The notes under the pieces are model-generated. The model was not told the origin of the DNA. It ran no database searches and saw only the letters and a list, made by a program, of their open reading frames with translations. From Alphaproteobacteria bacterium (GTDB lineage: Bacteria; Pseudomonadota; Alphaproteobacteria; Bin95), in NCBI GenBank assembly GCA_020638555.1, contig JACKII010000006.1, positions 137,140 through 201,139 of the forward strand: a stretch of DNA of 64,000 nt. The letters run 5' to 3'. Of this stretch, positions 18,301-24,878 are shown piece by piece (within the stretch, counting starts at the first letter, position 1; every line of letters starts with the position of its first letter). The translations under genes were made by a program, and so were the position numbers.

Positions 18301-21300
18301 GGTTTTCCCGGGCGGGTTCGCAGGTTGGATCGTCGGTCAGGCGGACCAGCGTGACCTCGTAGACATTGTCCTTGCCCTGATCCTGCGGATTCTCGTAGTC
18401 CGGCGCGGTCTTGAAATTCACCACGCCGTTTTCGTCGACCGTGAACAGCGCCGCATCCGGGCCTTCCAGCTGGTAGGTCACGCTGCCGGTCGCCTCGAAA
18501 TCCTGGGAGACGGTGGAGCGCACGATCTCGCGTCCGCCCGCGTCGGTCTCGTAGCTGACCTGGCCGGAAATCTCGGTAATTCTGTAGGATTGCAGGCTTT
18601 GCAGTTCGCCGACCTCGACCACCGCGTCGCCATCGTCGACCCAGAGCGCCAGCCCGTTCAGTTCCGCCCCGGAGACCACGCCGTCATGATTGGCGTCGAA
18701 CTGGGCCCGGAGCTTGGCATAGCCGTCCGTGTAGGCGCCGTTGTCGTCGCCGAACAGGCGCGAGCCGTCCATGTGGGCAAGCGCGTTGCCGTCGCGGTTG
18801 TCGATCAGGATGCCGTCGCCGGAGCCGTCGAACCATTCGATCCGCTCGGCCACGCCGTCGGCGTTCATGTCGAACAGAACGGTCTGGCCGATGGTCAGGC
18901 CGGTCTTGTCGGCCGATGACGTCGCGCCGGTCACGCCGATCTGGCCGTCATGGTTCAGATCGATTGCCACCGGCGTCGTCGCGACCACGCTGACGCGCTC
19001 GCAAGCCTGGTCCAGATCGTGATTGTAGATCTCGTCGATCACCACCCCGAACACGAAGTTCAGGGCCGAAGACTCGGTGCCGATGAAGAAGGCGTCGGAC
19101 TGGGTTTGCCCGGCCTTTACCGTGACTTGCATCTCCTCATAGCGAGGCGCATTGATTTCGTTCGCCTGGTCGGTCAGATAGGCCGCGCCGTCATAGGTGG
19201 TGGGGCCGCTGGGCAGGTCGTTCGGATCGACGGTCAGGCGGACCGTGAATGTCAGATCGGTCTCGGCGGGTTGTTCCAGAAAAACGTAATAGGGAACGGC
19301 GGTCGTCGTCGCATTGTTCCAGTGGTTCACTTGGTCTTCGTCGAAGCCGGTCTGGCCCACCCGGGCGCAGATCGGCTGGTCGACCATGAAATAGACGTCT
19401 TCGCTGACCAACTCGCAGTTGGTGTCGAAATCCCGCACGAAGGTTTCGTTTTCGCAGACCGTGATCGTCACATCGGTCGTCGCGCCGATCGTGCCGGTAT
19501 CCACGCCCGAGGTTTCCACCCCGGCCGTCACCCGGGCGGTGGCGCTGAGGCCGCCATCCGAGGCAACGCGATAATCGCCGGCAGCCAGGTCGTGGAACGA
19601 ATAGCCGCCATCGGCGCGAGTGGTTGCGGTGACGGCGTGGCCGTCGGCGTCGAGCACCTGGCTGTTGTCGGCGTGCAGCAAGGAAACGGTGCGACCGCCC
19701 AGGCCGGCCTCGCCGTCGTCCCGCTGCCCATCCTGGTCGCCATCGTAATAATAGGTGCCGGTCAGAACGCCGGTGTCATAGGTCATGTTGACCTGGCGCA
19801 CGGACACATTGTCCAGCATGGCGCCGAGGCCGTTGTCGGACTTGCCGGAGTCATAGCCGCTTTCGGTGAAGCGGATCGTGTGGGTGCCGGCGGTCAGGTG
19901 AAGGTCGAAACTGCGATGCTGGAAGCCGCGGTCGAAATTGCTGTCGGTACCGGTGCCGGTGACCTGCACGATCTCGTCGTCGACGTAAACCAGGAAGGAA
20001 TTGCTCTCGGCATCGAGCCACCAGGGCTCGTCGACGGAATTGTAGGCGCGAACCCCGTAGTCGTAGGCGACCTGATAGGTGCCGGTCTCGACGACCATGA
20101 AGGTTTGCTGAATGCCTTCCACGGCACCAGAGGTCGCATCCAGCTCGACGATCGCGTTGCCGACCGTATTGCCGGTGTTGTAGTTGCCGGTTTGCAACTC
20201 GATCCATTTGGCGTCGTTGGCGACTTGCCAGCCCGGCAGCGCCGTGCCGGTCACGCCGCCATAATTCCACCAGCCGATCGCGCCGGCATGGGCATGGTTT
20301 TCAAAGCCGCCATTGACGATCAATTCGCCGCCGAGGCTGCGGACCTCCTGGTCGACATGGTCGCCGGCCTGCAACACCCGGTATTCGAAGCCGTCGGCAT
20401 TGGCCCGCAGGCCGAAATCGACATCGCTGACGGTCTGGCCCGTGCCGACGGCCACCGCACCGCTCTGCCCGAAGCGGCCGAAGAGCTGGGCCGCATCGCT
20501 GTCGATGGCGTCGTTGCCGCCGACATTGGCGGCGACGAAGCCCTCGCCAGTGTGATCCGTGACCCGCACCCGGTAATCGTTGCTGGCGTGCAGGCCGCCG
20601 AACCGGTAGCCGCCGTCCGCATCCGTCGTCGTTTCCCGAAGCACGAACCAGTAGCCGGCGGAATAGGCGTAGAGTTGCACGGTGGCTCCGGCGATTCCGG
20701 CGTCGCCGTTGTCGATATTGTTGCCGTCGGCGTCGACGAAGACGCGACCCTGGATCGTGCCGTGGAGGGCCGAGTTTACGCCCGCATCGACATTGGTGAC
20801 ATGTTCGCCGGCCCCCAGGCTGATAGAGTTCACTTGGCCGAATTCGCCGAACGTCTGGTTGACATCGCTGTCGTTGAGGTCGTCACCGACACTCGTCGCC
20901 ACGAACGTCTCGCCGGTTTGGTTGTGAAAACGCACGCGGTAGTCCTGATGCGCGACCAGACCTTCCAGCGTGTAGTTGCCGTCGGCGTCGGTGATTGTCT
21001 CCGCGGCGACCACCCAGCCGGACCCGAAATTCGCGTAGGCCTGGACGGTGGCGCCGGCGACCCCGGCATCGCCGTCGTCGCGGGCGTTGCCATTGGCGTC
21101 ATAGAAGAACCGGCCGGAAATCGCCCCGACCTCGGCCGTTGGCACATAGCCGACGTCGATATGGCCGTAGACCTGGCCGGCTTCCAGGTGAATGACGTCG
21201 GTCAGGCCGCTCGAATACGCGTCGGAATCCACCAGGAGGTTCGCAACGCTATCCTTCTCGGAGAAGGTATAGGTGTCGATTTCGGCGAACCGGACGAAAT

Positions 21301-21538
21301 AGTCGCCGGGCGGCATTTCAAAACGGTAAGTGCCACCGGCCGTGGTATAGGTCTCGGCGACAACATTGCCCCACTCGTCCAGCAATTGCACGAGCTGGCC
21401 GGAAATCCCGGAGTCCCAACGGCCCAGGTCTGCGTTCCATTCGCCGTTGCTGCCGTCGAGATCCAAAAACAGGCGCCCCTGGATCACACCGAGGGAGGAG
21501 GCGGAAGTGCTCGAAAGCTCTTGGGTGTTGTCGGCCAT
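15362..21538 (-). CDS. Giant (2058 aa) multidomain surface adhesin-like protein with SdrD-B/Cna-B-type repeats, a carbohydrate-binding-like module, EF-hand-like/cadherin-like domains and a unique C-terminal domain
   Basis: Repeated units GDTVWxDxNxDGxxxxGExGxxGVTVxLxDxxxGxxxxTxxTDxxGxYxFxxLxxGxYxVxF. Cadherin-like segments (SVTYQLEGPDAALFTVDENGVVNFKTAPDYE; TVDVLANDTDADGNSLTITSVDG). No signal peptide. The long antisense ORFs on the + strand are shadows. Confidence 0.88.
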   Translation of the reverse strand: MADNTQELSSTSASSLGVIQGRLFLDLDGSNGEWNADLGRWDSGISGQLVQLLDEWGNVVAETYTTAGGTYRFEMPPGDYFVRFAEIDTYTFSEKDSVANLLVDSDAYSSGLTDVIHLEAGQVYGHIDVGYVPTAEVGAISGRFFYDANGNARDDGDAGVAGATVQAYANFGSGWVVAAETITDADGNYTLEGLVAHQDYRVRFHNQTGETFVATSVGDDLNDSDVNQTFGEFGQVNSISLGAGEHVTNVDAGVNSALHGTIQGRVFVDADGNNIDNGDAGIAGATVQLYAYSAGYWFVLRETTTDADGGYRFGGLHASNDYRVRVTDHTGEGFVAANVGGNDAIDSDAAQLFGRFGQSGAVAVGTGQTVSDVDFGLRANADGFEYRVLQAGDHVDQEVRSLGGELIVNGGFENHAHAGAIGWWNYGGVTGTALPGWQVANDAKWIELQTGNYNTGNTVGNAIVELDATSGAVEGIQQTFMVVETGTYQVAYDYGVRAYNSVDEPWWLDAESNSFLVYVDDEIVQVTGTGTDSNFDRGFQHRSFDLHLTAGTHTIRFTESGYDSGKSDNGLGAMLDNVSVRQVNMTYDTGVLTGTYYYDGDQDGQRDDGEAGLGGRTVSLLHADNSQVLDADGHAVTATTRADGGYSFHDLAAGDYRVASDGGLSATARVTAGVETSGVDTGTIGATTDVTITVCENETFVRDFDTNCELVSEDVYFMVDQPICARVGQTGFDEDQVNHWNNATTTAVPYYVFLEQPAETDLTFTVRLTVDPNDLPSGPTTYDGAAYLTDQANEINAPRYEEMQVTVKAGQTQSDAFFIGTESSALNFVFGVVIDEIYNHDLDQACERVSVVATTPVAIDLNHDGQIGVTGATSSADKTGLTIGQTVLFDMNADGVAERIEWFDGSGDGILIDNRDGNALAHMDGSRLFGDDNGAYTDGYAKLRAQFDANHDGVVSGAELNGLALWVDDGDAVVEVGELQSLQSYRITEISGQVSYETDAGGREIVRSTVSQDFEATGSVTYQLEGPDAALFTVDENGVVNFKTAPDYENPQDQGKDNVYEVTLVRLTDDPTCEPARENLRIEICDKPSLGDTVWYDTNQNGLQDIGEHGAAGVTVKLLDAASGAVLATKVTDANGHYLFEDLDPGAYKVMFVAPGGYAFTTKAPYGPELANTDSDAHANGMTDTIYLTEGEVQLNIDAGLVDPGTASLGDTVWYDTNKDGLLNNGEQGAGGVTVELINSANGSLVATTITDAAGHYLFDNLKAGIYQVEFVTPNGYALTTQSPLAPDAANNDSDAAASNLTGVVSLSIGEAQRNIDAGLVDTGTASLGDTVWFDANKDGVRNAGEQGAAGLTVSLIDAGTGAALATTVTNANGQYLFDHLDAGNYQVRFTTADGYAFTTASATAPDAVNNDSDARAGGLTGVISLAAGEAERDVDAGLVDTGTASLGDTVWFDANKDGVRNAGEQGAAGLTVSLIDAGTGAVLASTATDAAGQYLFDHLDAGNYQVRFTTADGYAFTTASAAAPDAVNNDSDARAAADARRRQLRWRRTASLGDTVCLPPTSAGLTDRRVLRTVKRRPVSRPSRRRQLRAAWSFTTARRRRMRSTMTATPARGGLTGVISLGRTRCGCHRHASLGDTVWFDANKDGVRNAGEQGAAGLTVSLIDAGTGAVLASTATDAAGQYLFDHLDAGNYQVRFTTADGYAFTTASAAAPDAVNNDSDARAGGLTGVISLAAGQAERDVDAGLVQLNAAPVAMDDADQTCADTPVTVDVLANDTDADGNSLTITSVDGQSIADGQTVTASDGVQITLSGGELVFDATGTAYEDALVGTDTGASYAYTVSDGLGGVDSATVDITFHGTTNTLGTIETSLPTSGTLVLSEDRTYGGSLFDVTLSNTGDARFDGVTFESADCLALFEPIDVGVDVPYDFYLAAEGSVPTGILGHPENLDLINWILNQDFASMDNGDGTGQTYTEAEVQGAIWGLTDDFVFVSSGLGTQANAQEIHDLAVANGEGYAAGAGDLVGLVLDPTPEAEANGNVQPLIIGVPFDDLAQDCHTV
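16300..18280 (-). repeat. Tandem array of six ~357-bp (119-codon) coding repeats inside the adhesin gene
   Basis: The anchor GTGTCGCCCAGCGAGGC (GTATCG variant at 17904) occurs at 16626, 16872, 17190, 17547, 17904 and 18261. Spacings are 246, 318, 357, 357 and 357 nt. 16381..16642 is identical by eye to 16945..17206. Confidence 0.85.
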
Positions 21539-21790
21539 ATCGGGTTTCCCACTACATACAGCGCATTGGGCGAAAGCGTGGGCGTCGGACCATTGGTCCG
21601 TATACTAACGCAACGAATGCGCAGAGTTGTCTGCATAGTTGAATGCATATAATGATATGGATAATTTTACGTATAGGCAAAGTGATTTTCTTTAGAGATA
21701 AAGGGATAATACCCAGATATCCCGGTTGTCTATCGGCTATCCCCTTGTTACTGAAAGGCCCAGATGATAATTGGTATAGTTCAAAAGTTT
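21539..21790 (-). promoter_or_regulatory. AT-rich leader/promoter region of the giant adhesin gene
   Basis: About 33% G+C over 21601..21720 by hand count. GATAATTTT at 21660..21668 lies 122 nt upstream of the start. Further GATAAT copies at 21704 and 21766. Confidence 0.45.
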
Positions 21791-22131
21791 TGCGCTAAGG
21801 CCTGTCCGCGCCCGGGGCGATCCGGTTCCGGACCGCGGAATCGCCAACGATGTACCCGCACGGATGGTTCGAGCGGAAGATGGTATGCGCCAACCATACG
21901 GCCAATGGTCGACCGAACCGGCCATGCGGCGCGACCGGGCCAGGCGGAACGCCGTGCTGCGCTTCGAAATTCTGTCTGTGGTGAATGGAAACTTCCGAGC
22001 CGGCCGCGTCCGCATTGATCGGGAGGCAACGTGACCGGGCTTCAAGCGCCCGGTTCATATGGTCGGAATAGCGTGGTCAGCCCGGGCCGGAATGCGACCG
22101 TAAGCCGTTGATTGCGCGCGGTAATGAAGAG

Positions 22132-22206
22132 TGGTGACCCCTAGGGGAATCGAACCCCTGTTTTCAACGTGAGAGGCTGACGTCCTAACCGCTAGACGAA
22201 GGGGCC
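22132..22206 (-). tRNA. tRNA-Glu (anticodon CUC)
   Basis: 75 nt: GGCCCCTTCGTCTAGCGGTTAGGACGTCAGCCTCTCACGTTGAAAACAGGGGTTCGATTCCCCTAGGGGTCACCA. It folds as a cloverleaf: acceptor GGCCCCT/AGGGGTC, anticodon stem TCAGC/GTTGA, loop CTCTCAC, T-loop TTCGATT, encoded CCA. Confidence 0.92.
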
Positions 22207-22293
22207 ACACAGAGAAGAAGCCGGTATATGCCATCGGCGACCGGTCAGATCAAGCGGAGATTTTGCTGTTTTCCCAACCCGCGACCATGGCGC

Positions 22294-22584
22294 TCAATGG
22301 GGCGTCACCGCCAGGTTGACACGACCCTGCTCGCTGCCGTCGGTGGCGTTCAGGATGAGCAGGGATTGGCTGCCATCGGCCCCGTCCAGGCGCAGGACGA
22401 TGCGGCCATCGCCCACCCGGGTCTCGGCGATGCGGGTGCCGGGCGGAAGCGTCACCAGCCCCTGGAAGGCGGCGGTCGGCGTCCCCATGTCTTGCGTCCG
22501 CATCACCAGCGTCACCGCCACCACGACGAACCCGACCAGGATCAGCACCCCCATCCCGATGACCACCGCCTTGATCGCGCCCAT
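22294..22584 (-). CDS. Small single-pass membrane protein (unknown function)
   Basis: Within ORF 22294..22869. Preferred start is ATG 22584 (MGAIKAVVIGMGVLILVGFVVVAVTLVM) with AAGGAAG RBS. One N-terminal TM helix followed by a beta-rich tail. Divergent from rluD. Confidence 0.5.
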   Translation of the reverse strand: MGAIKAVVIGMGVLILVGFVVVAVTLVMRTQDMGTPTAAFQGLVTLPPGTRIAETRVGDGRIVLRLDGADGSQSLLILNATDGSEQGRVNLAVTPH

Positions 22585-22627
22585 CGATTTGACTTCCTTT
22601 GCGCTTGGAACATTGTAGGAAGAGGGC

Positions 22628-23596
22628 ATGCGCGACGACGACGAACTCCGCCATGCGACGATTCCGCCAGCACTGGCCGGCGAACGGCTGGACCGTGCCG
22701 CGGCAGCGTTGTGGCCCGATTTGTCGCGCACGCGGCTGCGCGTCCTGATCGAGAGCGGCGACCTGCGGACGGACCGGGCGCTTTCCCCGTCGGCGACGGT
22801 GCGGGAAGGAGAGGCGCTGAGCCTGCGCCTGCCGCCGCCCGTGGCGTCGCGGTTGGAACCGCAGGCCATTCCGCTTGCGATTCTCTATGAAGACGAGGCC
22901 GTGCTGGTGATCGACAAGCCGCCGGGCCTGGTGGTGCATCCGGCGCCCGGGCACCCGGACGGAACCCTGGTCAACGCCGTTCTGGCCCATTGCGGCGACA
23001 GCCTGGCGGGTGTCGGCGGCGAGCGGCGCCCCGGGATTGTCCACCGTCTCGACAAGGACACCAGCGGCGTCATGGTGGTCGCCAAGAGCCAGGCCGCGCA
23101 TGCGAACCTGGTGGCGCAATTCCAGGTGCATTCGATCGAACGCGCCTACATCGCCTTCGTTTCCGGAACGCCCAATCCGCCGCAGGCCCTGATCGACCTG
23201 CCCATCGGCCGCCATCCGGGCGACCGCAAGCGCATGAGCGTCGTCGCCCGCGGCCGGCCCGCCCGGACCCATTATACGGTCGAACGCTATTTCGGACAGG
23301 TGGCGGCGCAGGTGCGCTGCCGGCTGGAGACCGGGCGCACCCATCAGATCCGGGTGCACCTGTCGCATTCCGGCCTGCCGGTGCTGGGGGATCCGGTCTA
23401 CCTCAATATGTCGAGCGCGCGCCGTGCCGCCCTGAAGCCGGTGGAGGCTACGCTCAAATCCCTAGGGCGGCAGGCGCTGCATGCGGCGGTTCTGGGCTTT
23501 GCCCATCCATTAAGCGGTGAAACCGTCCGTTTCGAGAGCGATCTGCCCTCAGATTTGCGTTCACTGCAAAAATGTTTGATCCAATCCTACGCTTAA
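22628..23596 (+). CDS. rluD: 23S rRNA pseudouridine synthase, RluA/RluD family
   Basis: S4-like N-terminus (GERLDRAAAALWPDLSRTRLRVLIESGDLRTD). Catalytic block HRLDKDTSGVMVVAK and C-terminal TGRTHQIRVH. Confidence 0.92.
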   Translation: MRDDDELRHATIPPALAGERLDRAAAALWPDLSRTRLRVLIESGDLRTDRALSPSATVREGEALSLRLPPPVASRLEPQAIPLAILYEDEAVLVIDKPPGLVVHPAPGHPDGTLVNAVLAHCGDSLAGVGGERRPGIVHRLDKDTSGVMVVAKSQAAHANLVAQFQVHSIERAYIAFVSGTPNPPQALIDLPIGRHPGDRKRMSVVARGRPARTHYTVERYFGQVAAQVRCRLETGRTHQIRVHLSHSGLPVLGDPVYLNMSSARRAALKPVEATLKSLGRQALHAAVLGFAHPLSGETVRFESDLPSDLRSLQKCLIQSYA

Positions 23597-23755
23597 TCCG
23601 TATCAGTGTTAGAACCATATCAAGCACCCGGCCCCTAAAAGCGCCAATTTGCTGCCTGTGCGAATTGTGTATTTCGCATAGCGGCGAGGCGGCCTTACAT
23701 ATGGTCCGGTGAATGGCTCCGTGACGGGCCATTACGAGTAGAGAGGGATGTGACT

Positions 23756-24670
23756 ATGGCTGTTCCGGCAACGATTCCTGCAATTTCCGCCGAGGGGAAC
23801 CTGACCCGGTATCTGCAGGAAATCCGCAAATTCCCGATGTTGGATCCCGACGAGGAATTCATGCTGGCCAAGCGCTGGCAGGAGCACGAGGACGTGGAAG
23901 CCGTCCACAAAATGGTGACCAGCCATTTGCGGCTGGTGGCGAAGATTGCCATGGGCTATCGCGGCTACGGCCTGCCGGTTGGCGAGCTGATCTCGGAAGG
24001 CAATGTCGGGATGATGCAGGCGGTGAAACGCTTCGACCCCGACCGTGGCTTCCGTCTGGCGACCTATGCCATGTGGTGGATCCGCGCCTCGATCCAGGAA
24101 TACATTCTGCATTCCTGGTCGCTGGTGAAAATGGGCACCACGGCGGCGCAAAAGAAGCTGTTTTTCAACCTGCGCAAGATCAAGGGCCAGTTGAAGGCGC
24201 TGGACGACGGCGACCTCAGCCCGGAAAACGTCGAGAAGATCGCGACCCGGCTCCAGGTGAGCCAGGACGACGTGATCTCGATGAACCGGCGCCTGTCCGG
24301 CGGCGACCAGTCGCTGAACGCGCCGCTGCGCATCGATGGCGACGGCGAATGGCAGGATTGGCTGGAGGACGAGTCCGACAGCCAGGAAGTGCTGATCGGC
24401 GAGGAGGAGGAACTCGACCATCGTCGCCGCATGCTGGGCGAGGCGATGGAGTGCCTGAACGCGCGCGAGCGGCACATCCTGACCGAGCGGCGCCTGAAGG
24501 ACGATCCGGCGACCCTGGAAGATCTGAGTCACGAATACGGCATCAGCCGCGAGCGCGTGCGCCAGATCGAGGTGCGGGCGTTCGAGAAGCTGCAACGGGC
24601 GATGCGCGCCGCGGCGATCCAGGAAAACCTGGCCGCCAAAAAGGCCTCGGAGGCGTATCTGGTAGGGTAA
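23756..24670 (+). CDS. rpoH: RNA polymerase sigma-32 (heat-shock sigma factor)
   Basis: ORF begins at GTG 23750; ATG 23756 has a GAGAGGGA RBS. Region 2 reads GLPVGELISEGNVGMMQAVKRFDPDRGFRLATYAMWWIRASIQEYIL. RpoH box AAQKKLFFNLRK and region 4 LEDLSHEYGISRERVRQIE. Confidence 0.93.
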   Translation: MAVPATIPAISAEGNLTRYLQEIRKFPMLDPDEEFMLAKRWQEHEDVEAVHKMVTSHLRLVAKIAMGYRGYGLPVGELISEGNVGMMQAVKRFDPDRGFRLATYAMWWIRASIQEYILHSWSLVKMGTTAAQKKLFFNLRKIKGQLKALDDGDLSPENVEKIATRLQVSQDDVISMNRRLSGGDQSLNAPLRIDGDGEWQDWLEDESDSQEVLIGEEEELDHRRRMLGEAMECLNARERHILTERRLKDDPATLEDLSHEYGISRERVRQIEVRAFEKLQRAMRAAAIQENLAAKKASEAYLVG

Positions 24671-24699
24671 TCCGGCGAAAAGCGCCGGCCACCGGCGTG

Positions 24700-24777
24700 C
24701 CCCGGAGGTGGCGGAGCGCCGCTCCGGGGCGGCCGGGACTCCCTGTTCCCCGGAGGTGGCTGAGCCGCCATCCGGGG
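24700..24777. repeat. Two copies of a 30-nt GC-rich palindromic (REP-like) hairpin between convergent genes
   Basis: CCCCGGAGGTGGCGGAGCGCCGCTCCGGGG (24700..24729) and CCCCGGAGGTGGCTGAGCCGCCATCCGGGG (24748..24777). Both have outer stem CCCCGGA/TCCGGGG. They may serve as terminators for rpoH and the convergent gene. Confidence 0.6.
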
Positions 24778-24878
24778 CCGGCGTCATCCTTCGAACACCG
24801 CCGCCGCGGGTGTTCGCGAGAGCGACCGGTCCCGGCGCACCGCTCCGCGGCGGCCGGGACACACCCGCCTGAAATCCC

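Noticed and set aside
15356-21652. Three long plus-strand ORFs (15356..16726, 16775..18919, 18950..21652) and many small ones over the adhesin gene.
   Set aside because: They mirror the adhesin repeats on the opposite strand (repetitive RRRARRREGITVRRREPHLVVAGVEMVEQILAGGVGGGRR units) with no domain signatures. The minus frame gives coherent SdrD-B/cadherin-like domains.
21737-22058. Overlapping 82-102-aa ORFs in the GC-rich gap between the adhesin leader and tRNA-Glu (for example 21795..22058, minus strand).
   Set aside because: Four mutually overlapping frames are all open, which is the null expectation in GC-rich DNA. There is no RBS and no recognisable motif. The 87-aa frame cannot be excluded without homology search, so the region is left unannotated.
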